From Octopus sinensis (Eukaryota): a stretch of DNA of 64,000 bases. Each line of letters opens with the position of its first letter. The first letter of the stretch is position 1. A program made the position numbers and the translations under genes. The stretch is taken from NCBI RefSeq assembly GCF_006345805.1, contig NW_021831286.1, forward strand, positions 423,742 through 487,741. Reading direction: 5' to 3'. Below, in pieces: positions 49,425 through 62,224 of this stretch. A model generated the notes under the pieces. The model made no database searches. It was not told where the DNA came from and saw nothing but the letters and a program-made list of their open reading frames with translations.

Positions 49425-50560
49425 TTGAGCTCCGAATTGATTGTACTTGTGCCACAGCTGGTCGAGATATTCCAACTTTTTCACAATCAACACAAGTCGT
49501 AGACAGTTCTCTCCCTCAAAGGACACGTCAAACAAAAGACAGGACAACTTCACTTCAATCAACAGCAGGATGGGGTCAGAAACCACGTTGGCCATTCTCT
49601 TTAAATTAGAGGTGCACCGATTAATCGGCCGATAATTGATATCGGCCACTTTGCCATTAATCGGTAATGTAATTATTTTCCGAAATACAATTGTATACAA
49701 CAAACGTTAAAAAAACAAATTTTTTTAAAGAATCAATAATTAAAGTCTAATGTTTTTAAATTATATTGAAGGTACATCATCATTTCCTCCATTCTCTGGC
49801 AAAAGTCTATTTCTTTTCGGTTGATATATATTTCCTCCTGTGCTGAAACTCTTTCGCTTTCTACAGACGAAGCAGGAGCTGTTAAATATTTCAACGCCAT
49901 TTTACTTAAGCGGGAAATATATTCGTGAAGTTCTTCCACCACGTAATATATTATCAGTTCGTGGTATTAAATCTAGCTCTAAATAATTTTGAAGTTCCGT
50001 CAAATAGCAATGTTGGTAATTTTTCTTCATAGACATAATTCGGTTAGAAGATGAAATTTGAGAAAATATTTCTTCAAATGTTAATGTTTCCGAATTTTGT
50101 ATTTTTGTCAAAGAAATGGCATTTTCAGATAACTTCGTGTCAGAGAATTACTATTCTTCATATATTTAACAATCAATTTTTTAATTCTTTCAATCATACA
50201 AGTCTTATGAAATCTTGTTTTAAATCTGGGATCCAATGTTGTTGTAATACATAGTGATTCGTTTGAGACATCAAAAAATTTCCATACAACGCTCGACATG
50301 TTAAACAAAATATTTAACTACATTTTTAATAAAATATTACATATAGATATATTTTTATGTATAATATAATGGCCGATTAATCGGTAATCGGTGAAATTGG
50401 CCGATAATCGGTAATCGGCAAAATCCAAAATGGTTATCGGTGCATCACTACTTTAAATGATCCAGTGGTGAAATTTGAACACGGGAGCAGACGGCGGAAT
50501 GCTTTTTTATATTTGCAGAACTGGGCAAACTCACGTTGCTCAAATCCATGCACATTTCAG
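49425..50560 (-). pseudogene. DEDD-like gene fragment interrupted by a hAT element
   Basis: High similarity to 61230-61500 once 49607-50450 is removed; KLEYLDQLWHKY followed by a frameshift. Confidence 0.8.
49607..50450 (-). mobile_element. Non-autonomous hAT (ZBED-type deletion derivative)
   Basis: TIR TAG.GGTGCACCGAT / ATCGGTGCATCACTA, 8-bp TSD CTTTAAAT, SSVVWKFF, TLDPRFK, PASSVESER. Confidence 0.92.
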
Positions 50561-50649
50561 CACTCGATCACTTAAAGTCAATGGCCAATGTGAATTGTTT
50601 TGCCCCGTGAAATGTAGTTTTGCATTGATGCGCGTGTTTTTTTTCATAA

Positions 50650-51215
50650 AATAATAATAATTCAATGATTCACGTTAATTCTTTGATTGAGAGGACGAGC
50701 GAATAGACAGGCAGTTTCCGCGCATATCGCGTGGGAAATGCGCTGAAAAAGCCAGCTAGACTCACGTCTCTCGTGACTCTTCGTCGAGATCATCAAACTA
50801 ATCTTCGAAAGGGACTCCAGGGCTTCTCTAAAGCCAGGGGCGATTATCCCACTCGTCTCGAAAGCCAGAGGGACGAAATGGCAGGTGTTATCTAATGAGG
50901 CGTACTTTGCGATTTTTTTCGTTTTGGCATGTGCGGAGGCAGAGTCGATGAGAGATGACGAGGAAAACGAGTCGACACAGGTGACGTCTCAAACGAGAGC
51001 GAGTCCCCCCTTGAACGGGAATAGCGTGGACGTTTTCCGTCACTACGGTCTAACCCAACCGGCTCCAGGACCGAAGGGAATCCAGCAGCGTTGAGCGCGC
51101 GCTTGACAATGTCATTCAGGGCGGCATGTTTGGGTATACGGCCGGCACTGAGGCGACAAGAGAGGGAGTGTAGCCTGTCAATGACCTTTGCTGACGAATG
51201 CTGACATTTTATTTA
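50650..51215 (-). mobile_element. CRE-like 3' fragment
   Basis: HSLSCRLSAGR..H.ALNDIVKRAL..EPVGLDRSDGKRP..FVPLAFETSG..WLFQRIS. Confidence 0.8.
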
Positions 51216-51779
51216 AAAAAATAAGCCCGTTCGCGATAATGCAGACCGAGATATTCACTTTCCATACCAGTCGTGGGAAATAAGACCAAAGTCCGTCAGA
51301 GTCACGTTTTTTTCACGTTATCATTCAATAGTGGAATTTAAAATAGAAATCAGAGTACAGAACATAAATGTGTTTATTTTAAAGATGACAAACTTTGTTT
51401 GTCCGTCAATGCAGGATATCGCGAATTGGATCACATGATTGGCAATTGATGTCTCTAGAATGTTTTGTTCACGTTTTTAAGTATTTAAATATAGGCATTA
51501 TTGATTTTGAATCAATATTTTTCCCAGCGAAGATTCAAACTACTTTTTACAAATGAATAAAAAAAGTTGAATTTTATCAAAATTTAAAGAAAAAAAATAA
51601 ACGACAAACTATATTTTAACATTTCGGTTGCAGACCGATTAGGATTTGCTTATTCACATTTCAACGGACAAGACACAAGGAGACGGTCATATTACAAATG
51701 GCAAAGCCCATTTGGAAAATTTGTTCGTCCATGCATTTTAATAGAACCGAATGTAGCATTTTACAGTTGATGTTCTTAA

Positions 51780-54330
51780 GCAATATTTTCTTTGAGCATC
51801 TTTGATAAACTCAACACTCAAATTCTCCATGTCGAGAATTGCATACTTGGAGGCGAGAAATCCGGCAATTGTGCCATATGCCATTTATTTGTATCACACG
51901 CAGGAATCCAGATCTCCGCAAGCATACTGTCGACTGTCTAAACTTTTCATGAACTGGAAAAGTATCAGTTCACTTCTGAAAGAGACTGAAGCAAGTCCTC
52001 TCCCAAGAGATTTCCGATTTAAATATAACCTCTCTTTATTTGCAGGTTTGAGATGGAGTCTGAAGTCGTAAGAAATTGTCGTATTTGACGGTCAATACAA
52101 TCAAATTCATGAGGTTCAATAAGTCCGATGTAATAATTATTAGAGAAATGCATATTCATTTATAGCGTGGAATAAGTTGACCGCATTTAATTCGTCTTTA
52201 CTTTACTCTTAAGGACAAAGCATGGTTATCCTTTTCTTTACATTTCCAAGGATAGAATCCATTACTTTACTCTTAAGGAATTACTTCCTGCATCTTCAAG
52301 TACACCCAAGTAGCGATATCCTTTGACCCCTTCCAATGTCTCACAACAAGATAAAGATTTAACATTTGATGCTGACTTTTCTGAATTCATCTCCAAGCCA
52401 AAATTTTAAAGAATCCATCAACAGCTTCCATCATTTTAATTACTACATCTCTTCTTTAAGAGCAAATATTTAGGTCGTCAATGAAGAACAATGATTAGTA
52501 GAATAGGTCAACATATTTGGGTCCTGTTGATTATCTGAAGCTTTGGAAACATGGCATTAGAAATCCTGCTTAGTGGGTCCATCACCATACCAAACAGTTG
52601 CGGGGATAACGAGTCTCCTTGTAAATCCCTCGGCTCAACTTTACAGAACCAATTCTCCTTCCGTCAACATAGAGTTTTACAGTCCACATTCGTACAGTCC
52701 TTTTCACAAAGTTGGTATCCCAGAGCACTCTAACACATGAAATAGAAAGTCGTGGTCAACATAATCGAAAGCCTTCTTGACATCAATCCATGCAGAGTAT
52801 AGCCCATTTCAATGCTCTTTATTTAGCATTGTTAATAAGGGCCTGTTCTTAAGCACCCTGACACTGTCTCCTCGTACAAAGTTGACTGTCGGAAATTAAG
52901 CCAAATGCATCCATGAACTCAGACAGTTTTCCATTAACACACTTGGTAATTAACATATAAAGTGTCGGCATGCATGTTATAGGCCGTAAATCTTTCGGGG
53001 TCTCACAATTGTTCTTTTTAGAAATTAGATATGTAATTCCAGTAAAAACCAGCTTTCTGGCATGTAATCGCCGTTGATTATTTTGTTGATTTTTGAAATT
53101 TCAAGTTTGTAATAATTTACATTTTTAGGATTCACGATAGAATTAGAGATTTATAGTGCACTTGTACTTACCTTAAAATTGATTTTGTCAGTGACTCAAA
53201 ACTTTTATATTGGATAAGTTTGTCGAGATTATTAATTTCATAATTTAATTTGTTATAAAAATTGCTCAATGTTTTCATTGCCTTTCTTCATTTTGAAAAG
53301 AAAATGGAAGAATTTTTATAATCAGTGAGACTCCTGCTCTAAGCACAGTTTAGCCTTGACTGTGCCAAGGGAATTTAATTTCTCTACTCGAATACCCCAT
53401 GACCCAGTGATGAGTACACTCGAAATAGACAAAGAGGAGACGAGGTTCTTAGTTGTACTATTAAGTCAGGAAGAAGTTCGGGGCTAACCCACTCAATCGC
53501 CGCATTTTACAAAGCCCAGATGAGTTGAAACGGAGCGAGTCACGACAAATTCATACTCATGTGTTGGTAGACTCTACCAATGTAACCGTGCCAGCACAGT
53601 CACAAAGCTAGACTGTGCCCCAATCCTTGTATTACAAAAATAGGTTTGGGTTATTTGTATTATGATAACTCCGAGTGTGCGGGTTCCTAGTCTAACTTAT
53701 CCTCAAACACCGAGATTTGCTCGAAGTAAAGTTAATTTATCTCGCCAATCGAGATGGTTTTTCGAGCGGATATCCCTTGCGATAGTACTCCACGTGTGTG
53801 ATATCAATCGAGCTCGTTTTTCCAGGGTATCAGTTCGAAATATTTGTCGACAATATTTGCTTTTTAGAGCTCGTCTAAAACCTTCTTACCTCTCTAAGCT
53901 TGCGTTTTAAAATTTTCAACAAGAGTTGCATAATTATAAAGATCCATACTCAGTTCTCCACGTGTGTGATATCAATCGAGCTCGTTTTTTCAGGGGATCA
54001 GTTCGAAATATTTGCAGTAGAAAGTCAAAGTCATGATTAACAGAATCGAATGCCTTTTTAACATCGATCCATGCCGAGTAAAGATTAAGATTGTTTTGAT
54101 ATTCCTTTTTAATACATTGATTAATGAGGACCAGTTCTTTTGCCGCCTAGCATTACTTTCTTGTTCCAATAGAAAATTAGACGAAATGAATCCACAAAGT
54201 CCGATTGTTCCAAATGGACGCATTTAGTTACTATCATGTATAGATTAGACATGCAGGTGATGGGGCGTAGATCGTTTGGGTTTTCACAAACTTTTTTTTA
54301 AATCAAATACAGTAAATACCACAGATCAGA
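51780..54330 (-). mobile_element. Heavily decayed R4-like RT fragments (51780-53130, 53990-54330) with an intervening CRE end
   Basis: RPITCMPTLY, IDVKKAFD, GDSLSPQLFG, FIDDL, GYRYLG recognisable across stops. Confidence 0.65.
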
Positions 54331-54789
54331 ATCGGAACCGCGCCAGTTTTGTTTGTTAGACGAAGGACTGTCGAGAATAATCAGAGAGAGTTTTCATTTA
54401 CAGTGTTGGAAAATAAGTGTATTTAATATCAACTATTGTCGATTCCTAAATTTATTGCAATACAATAGTTGCAAAAGGTCCCTTCTTAAGACCGTCCTTT
54501 GTCTTTTGTGAGCTGTGTACATATCTCTAGTCAATTGTTCCTTCTTGATAAGAGGCCGTTATATGCCACGAAGGTGAACAGGGATTTCAGAAGCAAATCG
54601 CCACTTTAACCATTAGTGGAGAACAGTACTGCCAAAAATAAATTTTTAATTTTAATTCGGGTAATTAAAGTAATTATACTATATTTTTAAATGAATAAAA
54701 CAATATTATTTTGAAAATCAATTGAAATTAAATTCTTCTAAATTGCATTGTTGGTGTACTACTTTTTGTTGCCTTATTAGTTAGATTGA

Positions 54790-56540
54790 ATGAAGGGATA
54801 TCCAGCCCAAATTGTATTTGTCAGCGAGGAGCATAATTTTCAACTGAATGAACCTCTACTAGAAAGCATCCTCACGTCGAACAGAGTGAAGGACAAGAAA
54901 GTGATGATACTCTCAGTGGCCGGAGCTTTCAGAAAGGGCAAGTCATTTTTGCTCGACTTCTTCATTAGATATCTGTCACACGATGTTTGTGATATAAAAC
55001 TGAGTTTGTAGAACAAATCAAAGTGGTTGGATGACAAAGAGCAGCCACTTGGGGGATTCAGTTGGCGGGGAGGAAGTGAACGGGAGACGACGGGGATTCT
55101 GTTGTGGAGTGAGCCCTTCATATTGTGCAAGCCCGACGGGGAAAAAGTAGAATGAGAGTTAAAACCTTAAGGAATAGGTTGCCGTGTTCCTGATGGACAC
55201 GCAGGGAGCATTTGACTCGAGTTCGACAGTGAGGGACTGTGCCACTGTGTTTGCTCTCAGTTCGATGATCAGTTCGGTGATGGTATGCTTGTCCAGCCAG
55301 TGTTTGTAGATCTACAACCTCTCTCAAAACATCCAGGAGGACGACTTGCACCACCTCCAGTTGTTCACTGAGTACGGGAGAGTGGCCATGGATGTCAGCG
55401 AGGTGAAGCCCTTCCAGTCTCTTCTGTTCCTCATTCGGGACTGGGCATATCCCTACGAGGCAGACTATGGCTACGAGGGAGGACTGACTATTCTCAACCG
55501 ACGACTTAATGTTGGTCCAGTCTGACCATCCAGATATCGGAGAGACAGCACAGGGAACTCCAGGATGTCCGAAAGTTCATTCGGGGTTGTTTTGAACACA
55601 TTCAATGTCTGCTGATGCCCCACCCAGGAATTAAAGTGGCCTCGTCTCTCCACTTTGATGGGCGGATAAAAGACATTGAACCGGAATTTGTGCGGATCCT
55701 TTCTGACATGACCACCAAACTCCTCGATGTCTCCAATTTAGTGCCCAAGAAGGTGGACGGGATTGAAATCACTTGCAAGGAATTATTACAATACTTCAAG
55801 GTATTGGGGGCACGTCAATTGAGGTGTACTTGAAAGTGTTTGAGGGGGACGACATGCCTCACCCCATGACCATGTACGAGGCCACTGCGGAGGCCAACAA
55901 TCTCTCGGCCATGCACATTGGCATCGACATGTACAAGCAGGCCATGGACAATGTTACCAGCATGTCGCATTTCTAGATTTGTGACAGCAGTAAGCCCTAC
56001 ATCAACGAGAACGACCTCGCCATTGCCCACGATCTCAGTTTTCAGGACGCCTTGACTGCCTTCTCCAGTCGAAAGAAGATGGGGACGGAGGAGATGAGTT
56101 GCAAGTACAGGTCTCAGTTGGAGATCAATATCACCGAGATGTACCGGGAATATTCCAAGGCTAACAGTTCAAAGAGTCTGGTCAACATGTTCAGGACTCC
56201 GCTGGTCTTTTCCATTTTGAGTTTTGTATTCTACGTTTTGTCTGGCGTTGTGAGCATGGTTGGGCTTGTTTCTCTGGCCAATATTTTCAATCTGTTCACT
56301 TTTGTATTTTTCTTTTTCCTTGCATTGTGGGTGTATATTCGATTGACTGGGAACTATATCGAGTTTAGTCTCCATTTGGACGTTATCGGGAATATTATTT
56401 GGAATGATGTAATTCTCCATTCTTTATTTTAGTTGTTTCGTGGATATACATTTGTTGTCACTGCCCTCGTCAGCAGTCAGCTTACTCGGAATTTGGCCAG
56501 TAAACATTCTTCGATTATCAAGAAAATTCCTCCTGATTAG
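54790..56540 (+). CDS. ATL: Atlastin ER-fusion GTPase
   Basis: [19 protein letters not shown], two C-terminal TM helices; seven phase-0 introns of 27, 31, 27, 23, 23, 24 and 24 nt. Confidence 0.96.
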
Positions 56541-56629
56541 TTCATTTCATTTTCTCATTAATGACTTATTCTTTTTGATTCATTAATTTCCCATTTACAC
56601 TTTTTTATTCCATTTACAAACATTACAAT

Positions 56630-57360
56630 TCACATGAGGGGTATTATATATTCGTCGAATAACAGGCAGGAACAGTATTTGTGTAGAAATGTTTATTTAC
56701 AATGTCTTTCCTCTACCCTTTACCTCCGTTTGAGCGACATGCCCACCCAACACTACTCTTTAATTCCGCAGAGGACATTGTTATTGCCCAAAAACACGAG
56801 AAATCACCCAAGTCAGGCTCCAAGCACACCTAGACTGCCCCACCAATTGACTTTACCACAATTTTTTTGTCGGGACTGTATATATACACGACGGAAAACT
56901 ACTCGTTTTCAAACATCCCAGAATTTGGGGGTTGTCTTTGACCAATGCCTTTCCTTTTCTCAGCACATTCACTTCACATGCAGTAAAGTCAAACCATATC
57001 GGGCCAATTGTTCGGTCAAGCAAAAGAAAGTTTACTAATCGTATACAAACAATTTGTTCAAACATCCCTTAATTATGGCAGCCCATGCTGGTCTTGGAAT
57101 TTATCCCTTATGAACTTACAAAAACTTTAGCGCCTCCACAACGCTGACCTTTGTACAGTCACTGAACGTCTCCTGTCAGTGTCTCGACAGCTACCGCCTC
57201 CGAAAAACGGACCAACAGATACGCAACCACATTTCCACTTTTACCATCATTCAAAACAATAAACTACTAGACTCTTCACCCCCTTATCGATAAATCTGAC
57301 ATTATATCGTGACCCATATGATTTTTTCTAATGCCCTGGGCAACCTCAATTGTCCCCGCC
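56630..57360 (+). mobile_element. Decayed LINE 3' fragment related to 2468-5597
   Basis: NLGVVFDQCLSFSQHI, degenerate LNYGSPCW. Confidence 0.6.
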
Positions 57361-57533
57361 GCTCGCTTTTTTACTTCGGCTGTTTTTCTACAAGGCGGCA
57401 TGATAGCTCTCCAATTTGATTGACTTTCCCGGAGAATTAAATACTGAACTGTGCTGTATTTTTATATTTTTTAATAATTCATTTTGTATTAAAAAATGTT
57501 ACAAATATCAAATTAAAAAGATTAATTGTGGAA

Positions 57534-59700
57534 TTATTTGATATTATTTTGTAAAATAGTTTTCATTTCCTCCGCAATACAAGAAATGGCGAAAATATAT
57601 TGTTCCTTAGTGAAATAAAACAAAGTCCTACTTTCGATTCAAGAATAACTGTTCGGTGCTCCTGGAGGAATTCCAAACAACCACGCAAGTCGATTTGTTT
57701 AGAGTTCGCGCATAGACGTTTAATTGTCAAGTCAAAGAGGACAAAAAGACCACTTTTGCCACCCCCGGTCGAACAGGCGATTATCATTGTACTTGGAGCT
57801 GATATGTACGACTCTTCAACAATTCTACCACTTCAAAAAAGAATACTGACTGGCGAAAGAAAGCAAACTCCTCCAATGAATTCGGCAAACCACTTCCGTT
57901 AAAATTCTGAAAGCAAAAGACAATGATTATTCTTGTATGTGTAGTGTGTTTACTTCTGATATACACAGTATTGACTATGTATGAGCTATGAGACGCATTC
58001 GAAGACAGGATTTCAATCTAAACCACTCAGTCGAATGCAGTAACGTCGTAAAGATATGAATCTGTTTTCATCAACGGCCAAATTTCAGAACTCACGTCTG
58101 GAAATTCAACTGGATCGACGCTGCACACGATTATTCCGCTCTTGGACTCCCAGACCATCTAAGTGGTGTCTCCTTGGTGGACTACCTGCCAAAAATCTGC
58201 AGTAGTGTCTTCATTTTGGGGTATTTGAGTGATCACGTAAGTCAGATTTTTCACAAAGTAATCTTTCTACGGTTGTATGTCAATAAATGTGATGTACAAT
58301 TATGCTGGCATTGATATAGTCACTGCCAATAATTGTGGGGTGACTGATTATAAACCGGGTATTGTCATCTGGATAATCGAGTTGACACATCATACATGGA
58401 ATAATGTTGGCATCGTTGTTTTTCTCTCTGTTTTCTTGATTTACAGCTATAGTGGCCTTCTCCGGGCGGCTTTGTCGTTGAATTAGTTCAAAGTCGGATC
58501 TATCCTTGCTAAGCAGATTTTCCATGCACTCCTTTTGAGTTAAATTATTTTGACACCAAAATAGCATTCGCTGTCCCCAACTCGAGTTTGATCGTCCGTT
58601 CGGGAAACGACCTCAAGAATTATTCATTATATTAATTTAAGCATAAATTTGTAATTAATGTATCAAAACAAACTTAATCTTCATATAATCGGTCATTGGA
58701 CTCCCTTGTTTTGATTTAGCATCTTCATCGCAGTCTTTGTATTTCTGGGGACACAAAGTCTAAGGATTAAATATTCTGGCATATATTCCATGTTTTAATT
58801 ATGGACCTTGCAACACTGCCCTAAAATGCTTAGCATGCCAGTAAAGTTTGTCAAGCATTGATTATAAGGATCGGTACATATGTTGCCACTTTACGTGATT
58901 ATAGTTTTAATGATTTATTAACATACAATATTTGCACTGTTTCTCAATTTTTGTTCAATATTCAGTGTACGCGAAATTAAAAACAAACCGACCAAAAGCA
59001 TTGCAACAATTACAACCGTTATTATAATTGACATGGTTGTAACAAACAGATTCTAGATTTTACCAGTCACCAATATCACTCAACTTTACTGTTTCTTACG
59101 TAGTGAGTCGTTGTCGTATGAGTTTCGAGTTTTGTGTGTTTTTTTGACGGGGAATTAGTACTGCTAGTTTTTAAATGTCGTCCTGCAGTCAGAATTGAGA
59201 CTATATCTATTTGGGTATAAATTGTATTGGTCAATTAAAATGGATATCTAATACCTTTAGGGGCCTTGGAGGAAATCGAAGACCGTGGCATGTCTGGCTT
59301 ATACGCCAAATAACATAGCAATTTATGATACTCTCAAATTAAGTGACTTATTCAGAATACCGGAAATAGACCCACATTGACGTGACCATTCAATTATGGA
59401 TGCTTCATACCCCGCATTATATACGAGATTCATGGTCATACAAAAATAGTAGGTCTGGTAGAGATTGCATGCAATCATTTTACATCGTCGGCAAAAATCT
59501 TTATTAATTAATCCTCGATTGTTCACAAAACGTATAAATATAATTTCCTTAGTAATTAATAACGTCATTAAATTGCCATTTTTACTGTATGCGATAATAC
59601 TGATGTAATCTTCAATGGATTTTTTGTTCAGACAGAAATAAGGACAATTTCTCTTTTCAATATTTAGTGCTTTCAGTTTGTTGATTTCGATTATAGAATA
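57534..59700 (-). CDS. Receptor-type protein tyrosine phosphatase-like protein with a single degenerate domain (5' end uncertain)
   Basis: TM MSIIITVVIVAMLLVGLFLI (58975-59034), KNNDANIIPYDNTR, DYINAS, ACSTGGGKSG, EQY; 26-27-nt introns. Confidence 0.75.
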
Positions 59701-59880
59701 TTTTCGTAAAACAATACAGGTTTAGGACATCACGATTCATAAGTTTAAAAAACTCTTCATTTATTCGATAGGTGATGGAAATTATGATTTGACTTATGTG
59801 AGATTCAGAGTGAAATTTGTTTATTTTTAGTATAGTTTTACAAGTGAATCTGTGTATTTTGATTCATAAAGTGTCTAGAT

Positions 59881-60849
59881 CAGGGGTCGGCAAATCGCGG
59901 CCCGCGGGCCAAATTAGGCCCAGGAAGATTTAAAAATGGCCCGCGAACAAATTTTATAATACTAAGGGAAATTGGCCCGCCGACAAATTTTTCCAACTAA
60001 CATAGCCCGCGGGCAAATTTAGTAAAGTACTAGACTTTTAGTAATATAGATTTATACATACATTTTATCTATTATTAAAAATTAAATAAATTTATAAACG
60101 TGTTAGTAGTTTTGTGTGGTGAATTTGAATGCCGAATTGTTCGAAAAGAACTAAAGATCTTCAAACCCGTACGTTTAATCCAGATTGGACTCATGAATAT
60201 TTCTTTATTGAGGATTATGGAAAACCTATATGCTTAATATGTTTCGAAAAAGTTGCTGTCAAAAAACTTTATAACATCAAGCGACATTATGAAACTCGAC
60301 ATTACGAAAAATTCAGCAAGTTTACAGGAGAATCTCGCTTAAAGGAAATTAAGAGACTCGAACAAAATTACCAAAAGCAAACAACATTTTTTTATAATTT
60401 GAGTTGTGAAAAAGATGATATCACACGTACAAGTTACGAAATTTCAAAGATAATTGCGAAACGAATGAAACTATTTTCAGACGGAGAATTTATAAAAGAA
60501 AATGGCTTGTATATTTGGAAGCATATTTTTATGTGAACAGTTATTCTCTAAAATGAATAATGTAAAAAATTGTCTGAGAACGAGGATTACCGATTCACAT
60601 CTTAACGATATATTACGTTTAGCAACTAGTCAGATTAATGAGTAAAATAAATTCACTTCATTATAATCATTTTTAACTGATAAATTTTTATTTCGTAAAA
60701 AAGTTGCAAAAAAAACTTGATAAAGAAAGATCGCAATGTGCAAGCGTTACCTTATTTTTGTGACCGATAAGGATTTTTTCTCGTTTGACCCGGATCGCAT
60801 ACAAAAATAAAATTTTGCCCCGCGAAGACAAAAATCCTGCCGACCCCTG
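59881..60849 (+). mobile_element. Non-autonomous hAT (SPIN/Charlie, GTF2IRD2-like)
   Basis: TIR CAGGGGTCGGCA, 8-bp TSD GTCTAGAT/GTTTAGAT, ORF with FNPDWTHEYFF..PICLIC..NIKRHY. Confidence 0.92.
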
Positions 60850-61118
60850 GTTTAGATAGATGGGTTTTTAACAACGTATTGATTTGTAATCTTTCAAATA
60901 GTCCTGATGCGTGCATGAAAGCGTGGATACAAATCTAGTCGACTGAGCCAAATAATAAGCTCCACATTTTTCACATAAACAAGAAAAGTGATAATTGACA
61001 CGGGTAATTGAGACATGTCTTTACAAATATTGGGAGGAGTGGATAATTGGAGAACCTGAGATGACCAATAGAATAAAATCCAATGATTAATAATTTTATA
61101 AATTGAAAAAATAAGAAA

Positions 61119-62082
61119 TCAACATTTAGAAGACAATTCACGTTTGGCCTCAGCAAACTCATGACAGGACAGCTCCACATAAAAGTCGTCTGGTCGGATA
61201 AATCCAAAAAGACACTCGTCGATGGACGTCTTGAGCTCCGAATTGATGTACTTGTGCCACAGCTGGTCGAGATATTCCAACTTTGTCACAATCAACACAA
61301 GTCGTAGACAGTTCTCTCCCTCAAAGAACACGTCGAACAAAAGACAGGACAACTCCACTTCAATCAGCACCACGAGGGGGTCAGAAACCACGTTGGCCAT
61401 TCTCTTTAAATGATCGAGTGCTGTTTGAGTACGGGAGGAGACGGCCGTGGAATGCTTTTTTGCAGAACTGGGCAAACTCACATTGCTCAAGTCCCTGCAA
61501 ATGGAATTCGACTGGAAGGATTCGTGGATGTGGGGAGTCGGGTCAGCTGACTCGCCCACCACGTCAGAAGGGACTGTTTGACGCGAATCCAACATTTCTG
61601 CAGTTTTCTGAAATGGCCGTCCACAACAACAAAATAGGGATAACACTTTTCTGATTCTTTTCTTTTTCGTACATTTGGGCATTTTGAGTTGTGTGTTGTG
61701 AGAATGGGTGGTGGGGAGTGGGTGGGTCGATTCGTTTTTTTGAAGAATTGTTTTTTCGTGTCTTAAGACCACACGAATAGACACTTCTCCAAACTTGCGT
61801 TTTCTGTTGACTGGGAGGTCAATCAAGACACAAACTGAGGTCGATGCGAAGCGAGGATTCCAAATAGTTGGCACAGGAAAACTTGCCAGCAACGCGAAAA
61901 GCGGTAATGATGATGGCCTTTTGATGCGAATGTTGGAGGGCGGCTAAAAAGCAGCCCTCCAGTCTCGAGGAGGAGTAATCTTCGTGGTCGAGAATATTGT
62001 GGGCCATTAAATATTCTCGACAGTCGTTTGTTTGATAAAGTTCAACAAAGTCTTGTAATTTGACAGGACACGAACTAAACAT
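61119..62082 (-). CDS. DEDD-like protein: death-fold N-terminus, basic linker, DEDD/TRADD-N-like C-terminal domain
   Basis: A 25-nt intron (61811-61835) joins ORFs 61819-62091 and 61119-61892 in frame; KLEYLDQLWHKYINSEL resembles DEDD ELTYLDAFWRDYINGSL (recalled). Confidence 0.6.
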
Positions 62083-62224
62083 TCTGCACAATTATATCAC
62101 AGCTTTAGATTTAAATGTTGGCAATTTTATTTATACCAGTAATATATTGCATAATGTATAATAAATAAATAAAGTGTGTGAAATTTTGAATCCTACCTCT
62201 GAAATTTTGGGGTTGAGAATAATC

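Noticed and set aside
53400-53545. Hammerhead ribozyme cores (GTGATGAG..GAAA; CAGATGAG..GAAA)
   Set aside because: CUGAUGA core is mutated and stems I and III cannot be formed
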